DNA from: Candidatus Hadarchaeales archaeon | GTDB taxonomy: Archaea; Hadarchaeota; Hadarchaeia; Hadarchaeales; Hadarchaeaceae | Direction: 5' to 3' | NCBI GenBank assembly: GCA_038823825.1 | Contig: JAWBCC010000003.1 | Coordinates: 101,441-133,440 of the forward strand | Length of the DNA stretch: 32,000 nucleotides | Shown: positions 7,453 through 15,466 of the stretch, piece by piece | Layout of the letters: the number at the start of each line of letters is the position of its first letter | Numbering within the stretch: the stretch's first letter is position 1 | The notes under the pieces: generated by a model | Seen by the model: only the letters and a program-made list of their open reading frames with translations | Told to the model about the DNA's origin: nothing | Database searches by the model: none | Program-made: the position numbers and the translations under genes

Positions 7453-8330
7453 AAAATTGTGCCTGCCATGAAAGAGAGCAGACCGAAAAACATCCCGAGT
7501 TTACAATAGTTTGAGGCCATCGCTGCAGATTTCTTTGTTTGGGCTTTCACAATTTCACCTATGGCCGTGATGAAAGCGAACAACGACATCGGTAAAAAGA
7601 GAACGTAACCTGTTCTCAATATGCCGCAAACAAGCGGTAAGGGAGACAAGCAGATGGCAACAAGAACAAATATACTGGCAACGGCCGCACCAGTTCTTTT
7701 ACCATATCTTATTGGAAATGTTTCTAATCCCAGTCTTTTATCTCCCTCGAAATCCTGGATGGATTTTATGATTTCCCTTCCAACAGTCGAGAAGAAAGAT
7801 AGAAGAACAAGCAAAAGCAAGGACGCCGGTAGAAACTCTTGTCTGAAAGGATAGAGTGCAATCCCGCCGAAAAGAAATGTGGATCCAACGAGATATCCGA
7901 TCGTAATGTTGCCTGGCAATCCGGTTCGCTTGAGTCGGGCCGAGTATGCTACAAGCATGAGAGCGTTGAATCCGGCTAAAAGCAAGCATGGCATGTTTCT
8001 CATGAGCGTGGCGGTCGCAAATCCAGTGAGAAATAGAATCTTGGAGATTTTAACAGCTTCAGCCGGCTTTATTTTTCCAGAAGGTATTGGTCTATCCGGC
8101 CTGTTGATCTTGTCGATCTTCCTGTCGAAGAAATCGTTGATGGCGTTTCCGCCTCCCGAAATCATAAACGCGGTCAAAAAGGCGAGCAGGTAGAAATACC
8201 AGTCTGCTTTACCTCCGGCTACAAAAGCTCCGATGATGACAGCTATGCCCGCCAGCAGACAGTTCAGCGGTCGTATGAGCTTCAAGCCAGCAGATAGTTT
8301 CTCGATTTTTGACGGAATATGTTCACCCAC
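7449..8330 (-). CDS. UbiA-family prenyltransferase, probable digeranylgeranylglyceryl phosphate (DGGGP) synthase
   Basis: ORF track 7449..8330. It is polytopic and carries the UbiA motif NAINDFFDRKIDKINRPDRPIPSG. A second Asp-rich region lies in a later loop. Confidence 0.85.
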   Translation of the reverse strand: MGEHIPSKIEKLSAGLKLIRPLNCLLAGIAVIIGAFVAGGKADWYFYLLAFLTAFMISGGGNAINDFFDRKIDKINRPDRPIPSGKIKPAEAVKISKILFLTGFATATLMRNMPCLLLAGFNALMLVAYSARLKRTGLPGNITIGYLVGSTFLFGGIALYPFRQEFLPASLLLLVLLSFFSTVGREIIKSIQDFEGDKRLGLETFPIRYGKRTGAAVASIFVLVAICLSPLPLVCGILRTGYVLFLPMSLFAFITAIGEIVKAQTKKSAAMASNYCKLGMFFGLLSFMAGTIF

Positions 8331-8382
8331 CCCTCTCTCCCCGCAAATAACTTAAGAGTTATCCCGGAGCTTCTACCAGACG

Positions 8383-9432
8383 ATGAACGAAATTACTCTG
8401 GAAGACTCTATTATGAAGCTCGTCGAGGAAATAAGATTCTACGAGATCAGAAGGATGAAGCTTATCAAGAAAATTCTGGAGAAAAATGTTTTCTCCAAGC
8501 TGAAAATGAGGATACAAAAGTTGACCATGGACGAAATTTCTGTTTGTGGAGTGGACGGAGGAATGTTGCAGTTGCAGTTGAACGGTTTAGATGTTGTCGC
8601 GATCAGAGCTGTGGCCGTCGTTTTTCATTATCTAGCAGGTAGACTGGCTTCGGTTGAATATTTTCCTTCAGGTCCAGCCCCAATTCATTTCTTTTTGGTC
8701 AAGGAGCCGTTAGACAAAGTTAAGACGGACTCATTGGCAGGCATGAGAAGACAAATACTAGAAGTTTCTAGGGCTAGAGAAGTGATAGGGAAAGGGGCAG
8801 CGCAACTCGTTTTGTTAGATGGATCGATTCTTCCGCAATATGTAGAGAGATTTCAGGATTGCAGGGAGTACGCCGAGCAATATGACGAGCTTATAACCTC
8901 ATATAGAAGGCTTTTCGAGGAAGCAGAAAGCAAGGGCGTTTTGTTGGCCGGCCTTGTGAAGGATAGCAGGGGAAAGAGATTTTGTCAAATGCTTGCAGAG
9001 TTAGCAGAGTTGGACGGAGAAGATAAAGACTTTCTTCTCAGCTACCGCGATATCGCTATTCTCGATGAAATCTTATCCGAGAAAGAGCGTACGATCGCTT
9101 TCCCTTACACCGAGGAATTTCCTCCGCAAACCTTGGGAGGTCTTGAGGATTTCGGTAGAAAAGTTAACGTATTCTATGCGAGGATGTCGCAGTTTGATGT
9201 GCCGTTTCGTGTTGAGTTTTTAGCAACCAGGAATTCTGAAGAAGTTGCGGATGAACTCTCCTCGATCTTGGAATTCCTCTTTTCTTTCGGTTTTGGGTTT
9301 TCGATTCCACCCGTCCTGGTGGAGGCAGATTTCAGAGCGAGATTAAGAGAGGAGGCGGAATGGATCCAAGAAAGGGTTTTCGATGTTATTGGTCCAAGAT
9401 TCTTGACGAGGCGGGATCGGAGACCTCTGTGA
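8383..9432 (+). CDS. nurA: NurA 5'-3' nuclease
   Basis: ORF track 8383..9432. NurA-type motifs are VCGVDGG, LVLLDGSILP and LAGLVKDSRG. It lies 9 nt upstream of herA. Confidence 0.85.
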   Translation: MNEITLEDSIMKLVEEIRFYEIRRMKLIKKILEKNVFSKLKMRIQKLTMDEISVCGVDGGMLQLQLNGLDVVAIRAVAVVFHYLAGRLASVEYFPSGPAPIHFFLVKEPLDKVKTDSLAGMRRQILEVSRAREVIGKGAAQLVLLDGSILPQYVERFQDCREYAEQYDELITSYRRLFEEAESKGVLLAGLVKDSRGKRFCQMLAELAELDGEDKDFLLSYRDIAILDEILSEKERTIAFPYTEEFPPQTLGGLEDFGRKVNVFYARMSQFDVPFRVEFLATRNSEEVADELSSILEFLFSFGFGFSIPPVLVEADFRARLREEAEWIQERVFDVIGPRFLTRRDRRPL

Positions 9433-9441
9433 GGTGGTCTG

Positions 9442-10998
9442 GTGGAGCTAGGTACTGTCATCGCTACGCCCGATGGGCCCACTCCCAGAAAATTCTGCTT
9501 TGTGGTAAAAGAAGGAGTTGTGGTTGGACTAAACAAGTTTGTGAAAGTAGAAGTCGACGGAAACTGGGCTTACGGTTATGTCAAGAACGTTGTGAGAATG
9601 AACAGGTATTTCCAAAAGACCGATGCTGTGTGGGAATATGAAAGAGGGGGAGGATTGAGCGCGGCTTTTCCGACGAGCATGTGGGAATATTCCATCGCAG
9701 AGGTTTGGGTTTTTGGATATTTGAAAGAGGGTTTTCTCAGAAGACCCTCCTTGCCACCATCGCCAGGCAAAGTTGTTTTCGATTTAACGGATGAAGAACT
9801 TAGATTTGTGCTCGGTTTAGACGAAGATGGATTAGAAATTGGGGAACTCGAGGAGCAAAATCTCCTAGTTAGACTTAACCCAACTCGTCTTTTACAGAAA
9901 CATCTCGCCGTGCTCGCGATGTCCGGTGCAGGAAAAAGTAACTGCGCAAAGGTGATTGTGGAGGAGCTTTTGAAGAGAAACCCGGAGAGAGGGAGGCCAG
10001 CAGTTCTGATATTTGACGTTCACGGGGAATATTCTGATCTGGTTCGAAGTTTTCCCGGACAGGTTGTTGAGGTTAAGGCAGAGAACATTAAAATAAATAC
10101 TTCTGAGCTGACGGTTTGGCATTTCCGAGAATTCATTCCAGAAATGACTGGCAGCCAAGCCAGAGAGCTCGCTCAAATACTCGATGATCTCAAATCGAAG
10201 AAAGGATTTTTCGAGATCTGGGACATCATAAATCGTCTACGGGAGTTGGAAGGATTAAACAAGAATCTGAGAGGGGCGTTGGAAGGATGGCTTTTTGACT
10301 TACAATCTCTTGGTATTTTCGGCAGAGAAGACTGTCCTAGATGGGACTCGCTGATTTTTCCAGGACGCGCAGTTGTGGTGAACATGGAAAGGATGACGAG
10401 TCTGACGAAGAAGCAGATTCTGCTGACATACATTGTTAACAGGATTTTCCATCTGCGGAGGAGAGGACTAGTCCCACCGATAGTTCTGGTGATCGAAGAA
10501 GCACACACTTTTGCCCCAACGGAAGCAGCGATTTCTAAACATGTTCTGGAGACGGTCGCAAGGGAAGGAAGAAAATTCCACATTTCGCTCGTTGTCATTT
10601 CCCAGCGACCTGTTAGGCTTTCGACCACGTTGCTCTCGCAAACGAACACGAATATAATCTTAAGGATAACGAATCCATATGATCTTGAACACATAAAGAA
10701 ATCTTCCGAAATGGTGACCGGGGAGGTGGCAGAATCTATATCTAGTTTAGCTGTTGGTGAAGCACTTGTCGTTGGAGAAGCCGTGAACGTTCCAATCTTC
10801 GTTAGAATCAGGCGAGTATCATCACCCATCTCCTTTGAATTTAGCTTGGAAGAAGCAGCAAGACTTTACGAGCTTTCGCTTTCCGTCGGAATTGAGAGAA
10901 CTGCGAAAGAAGAGCACTCATCGAGCCTTAGTATGACATCTGACGGAAGCACCTGTTCCTCCGCATACTCGTCCAGAACCGGTGAGAGATCGACATGA
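9442..10998 (+). CDS. herA: HerA hexameric DNA translocase/helicase
   Basis: ORF track 9442..10998 with a GTG start. Motifs are Walker A AMSGAGKSN, Walker B VLVIEEAHTF and ISQRP. The last ~55 aa are Ser-rich and low-complexity, and they are antisense to the next ORF. Confidence 0.9.
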   Translation: MELGTVIATPDGPTPRKFCFVVKEGVVVGLNKFVKVEVDGNWAYGYVKNVVRMNRYFQKTDAVWEYERGGGLSAAFPTSMWEYSIAEVWVFGYLKEGFLRRPSLPPSPGKVVFDLTDEELRFVLGLDEDGLEIGELEEQNLLVRLNPTRLLQKHLAVLAMSGAGKSNCAKVIVEELLKRNPERGRPAVLIFDVHGEYSDLVRSFPGQVVEVKAENIKINTSELTVWHFREFIPEMTGSQARELAQILDDLKSKKGFFEIWDIINRLRELEGLNKNLRGALEGWLFDLQSLGIFGREDCPRWDSLIFPGRAVVVNMERMTSLTKKQILLTYIVNRIFHLRRRGLVPPIVLVIEEAHTFAPTEAAISKHVLETVAREGRKFHISLVVISQRPVRLSTTLLSQTNTNIILRITNPYDLEHIKKSSEMVTGEVAESISSLAVGEALVVGEAVNVPIFVRIRRVSSPISFEFSLEEAARLYELSLSVGIERTAKEEHSSSLSMTSDGSTCSSAYSSRTGERST

Positions 10999-11519
10999 AA
11001 GAAATTGAGAGTGATGCAGCTCTCGATCGGTTCTTGAGTGCAAGGAAGGGAGCCGGTTGTCCGAAAACGCCTATACTGCTGAACGGCTCTGCGGAGTAAT
11101 TGATGTTCGCCTTTTAAGAATTCCTTCCCTACGAGTTTTGCATTTAGACCCTCCAAAATTTCGGAGCAGAGCTCTTCCTCAATGGAAACGACCGGAAATC
11201 CTAAATGAGAAGCTAATAAAATCGTTCTGAGATCCGTAAGAGATATTTCTCGTTCCTCGAGGAAAAGCAATCTTCTGGCCAGCTCGTCCAAGATCTCTGG
11301 CAGATAAAGGGCGAAGATTTCGCCGTTTCGCAAAAGCTGGTTTACAAATGTATATTTTATGACGTGCTTTCTTACTTGAATCAGTTTATCTCTGGCCAGC
11401 CAAGAATACGTAACTGAAGGTATGAAAAGGTCTCCATCTAGGAGAAGACGTACCCTTCTGAAATTCTGGAAAGAAGAGAGAATCCCAACATCGCAGACAG
11501 CTCCGTATCTAAACATCAA
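10866..11519 (-). CDS. Hypothetical protein with a degenerate PIN-like pattern
   Basis: ORF track 10866..11519. An N-terminal CDVGIL and the later ISLTDLRTILLASHLGFPVVSIEEE resemble PIN motifs, with Ser/Glu in place of Thr/Asp. A TATA-like ATTATTTAA lies ~24 nt before the ATG, consistent with a leaderless transcript. The 3' end overlaps herA by 133 nt. Confidence 0.4.
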   Translation of the reverse strand: MMFRYGAVCDVGILSSFQNFRRVRLLLDGDLFIPSVTYSWLARDKLIQVRKHVIKYTFVNQLLRNGEIFALYLPEILDELARRLLFLEEREISLTDLRTILLASHLGFPVVSIEEELCSEILEGLNAKLVGKEFLKGEHQLLRRAVQQYRRFRTTGSLPCTQEPIESCITLNFFHVDLSPVLDEYAEEQVLPSDVILRLDECSSFAVLSIPTESESS

Positions 11520-11557
11520 CTGGCTTTTAAAACGAGGAGGTTAAATAATCCGAACAT

Positions 11558-12484
11558 TTAAAAATCAAGTCTTATTTTCTGGTTTTTTATGAACTTCAGA
11601 ACCTCCTCGAGTGTTGGCATGGAGGGCATTGCTCCGATTTTTGTCACAACCAAGCTTCCCACCGCGTTGGCGAAGATGGCAGTTTTTCTCACATCCCATC
11701 CTTTCAGAGTTCCATAAATAGCGCCTCCCATAAATCCATCTCCTGCTCCAGTTCTATCTACCACTTCAACGTCGGGCACACCCAGATATCCTCTTTGATC
11801 CCCCTCCGCGTAGTAACATCCTTTTGGACCCAGTGTGAGGAAAACCCTCCTCGCGTATCTTAAAACCTTGTTGACCCCTCTCTCTATGTCTTCCCCAAAA
11901 AGAAAGCGTAACTCTTCGTCATTCATTTTGACAATATCAGCCATCATAAGACCTTGCACGATCATCCTCTTTGCCTTAGTTTCGCTATCCCACAAGTTCA
12001 GCCTGAGATTAGGGTCAAAGGAAATTATCGCCCTGTTTTTCCTTGCGACTTCTATGGCTTTCAAAGTTGCACTCCTTGAGGGTTCACAAATCATAGAAAT
12101 GCTGCCAAAATGGAAAATCCTGCAGCCCGCGAGCTTTTCTCTGTCGATTTCCGATGGTTTGAGATTCGCATCAGCGCCTCTTCTAAACTCAAACCTCCGC
12201 TCCCCCGTTTCATCAACGAAGACGAATGCTAGAGTAGTCCCGATTTTATCTTTCAAGATTCCATCGACATCGACTCCAGCTTCGCTCATAGTTTTTATCA
12301 AAAATCTTCCAAATTGGTCATCTCCAACCTTCCCGATGAATGCGGTTTTTAGTCCGAGTCTTGCACACGCAACGGCAACGTTTGCTGGGGCACCTCCTGC
12401 ACAACAGGTGAAAGTCTTACCTCCATCCTTCGAAATCATATCCACCAAAAGTTCTCCCAAGCATATGACGTCAAGACGCTTCAT
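11558..12484 (-). CDS. PfkB-family carbohydrate kinase (fructokinase / KDG kinase-like)
   Basis: ORF track 11558..12484. The N-terminus is VICLGELLVD...GGAPANVA. The C-terminal PfkB signature DRTGAGDGFMGG is present. Confidence 0.9.
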   Translation of the reverse strand: MKRLDVICLGELLVDMISKDGGKTFTCCAGGAPANVAVACARLGLKTAFIGKVGDDQFGRFLIKTMSEAGVDVDGILKDKIGTTLAFVFVDETGERRFEFRRGADANLKPSEIDREKLAGCRIFHFGSISMICEPSRSATLKAIEVARKNRAIISFDPNLRLNLWDSETKAKRMIVQGLMMADIVKMNDEELRFLFGEDIERGVNKVLRYARRVFLTLGPKGCYYAEGDQRGYLGVPDVEVVDRTGAGDGFMGGAIYGTLKGWDVRKTAIFANAVGSLVVTKIGAMPSMPTLEEVLKFIKNQKIRLDF

Positions 12485-12557
12485 CTTTTCTCCTTCAAAG
12501 GCTGCCTTTTTATTTCTTCCCTATAAACCCATCAAAACAAAGAGTGAAAGCGGAGCA

Positions 12558-12586
12558 TTAAGAGTATTACCTTTTAAGAGTAATCC
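12558..12586. promoter_or_regulatory. Tandem direct repeat TTAAGAGTA(T)TACC / TTAAGAGTAATCC in a divergent promoter region
   Basis: Copies at 12558-12571 and 12574-12586 were read directly. They lie between the pfkB-like start (12484, minus) and the plus-strand ORF at 12641/12677. The AT-rich AAAAATAAATT and CATATATAT follow. Confidence 0.3.
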
Positions 12587-12640
12587 CCATACCGCCGGCT
12601 TCAATGATTCGCCGTAGGGGTAAAAATAAATTGCATATAT

Positions 12641-13096
12641 ATGGGAGTTTCACCCAATTTCTTCAGGGTGAATGGAATGCAAATCAGAGTAAATCTCACA
12701 TACATCTCGGCGGAAAGATTGATGGAGCCCGGGGAGACCGGTCCGCCTCAGGTACAGATCTCCACGAATGTGAATATCATCGGTGCTGAATTTAAACGAG
12801 AAAACTTGGTAATCCCCTTTATAGTGACCATAAACTATTCCCCTTCTATTGCTCAGATAAGCATGAAAGGTCAAGCATTTATCTCGGGTGAACCGGACGA
12901 ACTGAAAAAGATAGAGACTGGATATAAGGGAAAATCCCCACCATCTCCGCAAATACTACAAGCCATAACGAGTGCATCCTTGATCGAAGCGACAATCATT
13001 TCAAGATCCCTAAACATACCCCCACCACTTCCTCTGCCTTCCATCTCTCAGCAGATGAAATCCGAGGATAAGGAGAAACCGTCCTATGTTGGTTGA
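12641..13096 (+). CDS. Hypothetical protein (weak SecB-like pattern)
   Basis: ORF track 12641..13096. A more likely start is ATG 12677 (MQIRVNL), preceded by GGGTGA. The beta-rich body and C-terminal ATIISRSLNIPPPLPLPSI loosely recall SecB-type chaperones. This is resemblance only. Confidence 0.45.
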   Translation: MGVSPNFFRVNGMQIRVNLTYISAERLMEPGETGPPQVQISTNVNIIGAEFKRENLVIPFIVTINYSPSIAQISMKGQAFISGEPDELKKIETGYKGKSPPSPQILQAITSASLIEATIISRSLNIPPPLPLPSISQQMKSEDKEKPSYVG

Positions 13097-13234
13097 GGGT
13101 TCCTGTAGGTTGGACCCGGCAAACTGGCTCCCGGCCGCCATGCCCTGCAGGAGCTCTGGAGTCTCTCCAGCCATGGCTGCAGGTCCACCAGCCGGGACCA
13201 GGTCGATAGGTCCGTTCCAAGATAGGTAGATTAA
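13097..13234. other. GC-rich intergenic island containing a 78-nt three-tier hairpin (possible small RNA or leader element)
   Basis: The element was read directly:
- lower stem 13124-13135/13191-13201 (11 bp with one bulged C)
- middle stem CCTGCAG/CTGCAGG 13144-13150/13177-13183
- apical stem CTGGAG/CTCCAG 13156-13161/13165-13170 with a TCT loop

A separate hairpin lies at 13097-13117. Only Pro/Gly/Trp-rich minus-strand ORFs overlap the island. Confidence 0.4.
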
Positions 13235-13504
13235 ATGGAAGTAGTGGTGAGACTTCATCCAAGCCTCAAATCCGAAATAGGAACATGCGAGGTCAGAGTG
13301 CAGATATCAGATTATGAGACAATTGATACGCTTATGATGAAAATAAGTCGCAGATATCCGAAGCTCCTAGAAATGGTTATCGATCCAACTACGGGTGACA
13401 TAAGAACAGACTTCGAGATTTTATTAAACGGCCGGAGGATAAAAGATATCCATACAAAGCTAAAGCACAAGGACGAGATTTCTGTAAATCCGGTTCAAAC
13501 TTAA
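13235..13504 (+). CDS. MoaD/ThiS-like beta-grasp protein lacking a C-terminal Gly-Gly
   Basis: ORF track 13235..13504 (89 aa). Its size and pattern (VRVQISDYETIDTLMMKISRRYPKL...ILLNGRRIKDIHTKLKHKDEISVNPV) fit the ThiS/MoaD fold. It ends ...NPVQT-stop, not GG. Confidence 0.55.
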   Translation: MEVVVRLHPSLKSEIGTCEVRVQISDYETIDTLMMKISRRYPKLLEMVIDPTTGDIRTDFEILLNGRRIKDIHTKLKHKDEISVNPVQT

Positions 13505-14700
13505 AGTTTCTTTTTCATGGTGAGTTCAATCATTTTTTCAATTTCCATTTTAAGCGGTTCTGGGAGATCTGTGAGAATATTCGGATTCATAAAACCCTTC
13601 ACTATGAGAGATCTTGCCTCGTCTTCTGAGAAGCCACGAGACATGAGGTAAAAAATTTGTTCCTCCGCGATCTTTCCCACCGCCGCCTCATGTGAGAGTT
13701 CCGTCCCCTCGACCTCGGCTATAAGTTCCGGAAACGCTCTGATCACAGCACCTTCTGAAAGTATCAATCCCATGCACTCCAGGTGCCCCCGACTCTCCTT
13801 ATCTTTCCCGATTAGCAGTCCCCTGGCAGTCATATCAGCCCGGTCGGCCGCAACAGATCTCGAAATTATTTCACCCCTACTTTTCTTTCCTTCCAAGAGT
13901 ATCTTTGTCCCAGCGTCTATCTTAGATTCTCCAGAGCCGTAGATTATGGAATTGAAAACAGCTCTTGACCCATCCCCGCGACAGTAGGCGGTTGGAAACA
14001 TCTGTAGACTTCTGACAGGCTTCAACGAAACATAGTTGCTCACAAACGTAGCACCATCTTCGAGCAATACTCCGGTTCTCGGTCTGACAATCAGTTCTTC
14101 TCCCCACGCGTGGATCATCGTGAATGTCAGTTTTGCGTTTTCTTTGACGAAAAATTCGGAAATTCCAACGTGTAGCCCACTGCGAACATTTGGATGCACG
14201 GTACAACCGGTTATTATATGTGCTTCCGACCCTGGCTCGGCGAGTATCACATTGTGTACATTTTGGTCCAAATTGTTTGTGGAGATGAAAAGACATGCTT
14301 GTAGTGGCAGCGTTATTTTTTGATTTTCAAAAATCCTGATGAAATAACCGTTGTCCCATTCATTTGCTGCCAATCGGGTGTATTCATCCGCTTCTTTGTC
14401 GATGATCGACCAGACAAATTTTTCAAGCCATTTATATTTTTTCATGGCATCCCTCACGCTCATGATTTCAGCCTTTCCTTCGAAAGCTTTCTGGATCCTT
14501 GAGAACACAACAGAATGATCTATCTGAAAATACGCCCCGGATCTATCATTCATATCTGGCCTAACTCCGACCTCTTGCGCTCTTTCAGCTATATCCCTTG
14601 GGAGCTCAGAAAGCTGGCAGGGACCCCAAGCCTTAGCTGTTCTCTTAAATTTCCACCCCTCGCCAATCAACACCTCTTCTCCAGACATTTTTCGCACCAT
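13501..14700 (-). CDS. sufB: Fe-S cluster assembly protein SufB/SufD family
   Basis: ORF track 13501..14700. Typical SufBD beta-helix core blocks are present: GSEAHIITGCTVH, SRGEIISRSVA, GHLECMGLIL, ELSHEAAVGKIAEEQIFYLMSRG. It lies immediately downstream of sufC. The start could be ATG 14688. Confidence 0.9.
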   Translation of the reverse strand: MVRKMSGEEVLIGEGWKFKRTAKAWGPCQLSELPRDIAERAQEVGVRPDMNDRSGAYFQIDHSVVFSRIQKAFEGKAEIMSVRDAMKKYKWLEKFVWSIIDKEADEYTRLAANEWDNGYFIRIFENQKITLPLQACLFISTNNLDQNVHNVILAEPGSEAHIITGCTVHPNVRSGLHVGISEFFVKENAKLTFTMIHAWGEELIVRPRTGVLLEDGATFVSNYVSLKPVRSLQMFPTAYCRGDGSRAVFNSIIYGSGESKIDAGTKILLEGKKSRGEIISRSVAADRADMTARGLLIGKDKESRGHLECMGLILSEGAVIRAFPELIAEVEGTELSHEAAVGKIAEEQIFYLMSRGFSEDEARSLIVKGFMNPNILTDLPEPLKMEIEKMIELTMKKKL

Positions 14701-15383
14701 TTGTATCCGTTTCTCATTATTTGGTTAAAGATCTTCTCAGGATCGCCACTGCAAGCGACGGTACCATTTATAATAACGTGTGCCCTGTGAACTCTTACAT
14801 GTTTCAAAATGTGCCCCGTGTGTGTGACAAGTAAACCGCTTCTTTCTTCGAGGAATTCTCCTATGATCCTACCTATCGCGTGTAAGTTCTCTACGTCGAC
14901 CCCCGAATCTGGTTCATCAAATATAGCAAACTTCGGATTTTGTGCCATTACCTGCAGGATCTCCGAACGCTTGATTTCACCGCCCGAAAATCCTACATTG
15001 AGATCGCGTTCTAGAATCTCCTGCGATAGGTTAAGACTTCGCGTCAATCCAAGTATTCTCTCCTCATTACTCAGTCTGGTTACAATGGTTTTCAGTTTGA
15101 CACCTTTCACGGCGGGTGGCGACTGATAGGCTACGCCAAGCCCAAGTTTAACGCGTTCATTAAGCGGCAGGTTCGTTATATCTCGACCGTCAAAGATTAT
15201 TCTCCCGCTTACAACTTTGTAAGCTGGGTGACCGAGAATACTCATAATCAGCGAAGACTTCCCTGAACCATTAGGTCCGAAGATCACATGTACTTCTCCG
15301 CTAGGAATTTCTAACTCTACATCGTGAAGTATTTTCCTTCCAGCGATTTCAACTGAAAGTTTTTCGATCTTCAACATGTCCAT
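14667..15383 (-). CDS. sufC: Fe-S cluster assembly ATPase SufC
   Basis: The ORF track gives 14667..15461. I trimmed it to Met27/Met29 (15383 or 15377) because SufC proteins begin near MLKIEKL. Motifs are Walker A GPNGSGKSS, ABC signature FSGGEIKR and Walker B FAIFDEPDSG. Confidence 0.9.
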   Translation of the reverse strand: MDMLKIEKLSVEIAGRKILHDVELEIPSGEVHVIFGPNGSGKSSLIMSILGHPAYKVVSGRIIFDGRDITNLPLNERVKLGLGVAYQSPPAVKGVKLKTIVTRLSNEERILGLTRSLNLSQEILERDLNVGFSGGEIKRSEILQVMAQNPKFAIFDEPDSGVDVENLHAIGRIIGEFLEERSGLLVTHTGHILKHVRVHRAHVIINGTVACSGDPEKIFNQIMRNGYKWCEKCLEKRC

Positions 15384-15466
15384 AAAAACTCTGTCAATTT
15401 CGTTTATATGAATGAAGTTTCTTTCTCGAAGCAGAGATATTAACATACGTTGTGTGAACATTCATT

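Noticed and set aside
13140-13185. A cluster of restriction-type palindromes (CCTGCAGG, GAGCTC, CCATGG, CTGCAG) as a possible cloning-vector polylinker contaminant
   Set aside because: The sites are the paired arms of one extended imperfect hairpin. They are embedded seamlessly between two native-looking genes, with no vector-like flanks. This cannot be fully excluded without read-level data.
13097-13234. tRNA or H/ACA guide RNA identity for the hairpin element
   Set aside because: There is no T-arm (GTTCRAATC-like) or cloverleaf on either strand. The upper internal loop has no K-turn/K-loop GA pairs, and no ACA box directly follows the lower stem.
12996-13262. Two overlapping minus-strand ORFs (88 and 82 aa) across the GC-rich hairpin element
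   Set aside because: They are Pro/Gly/Trp-rich, mutually overlapping in different frames, and coincide exactly with the palindromic GC-rich stretch. They are most likely non-coding.
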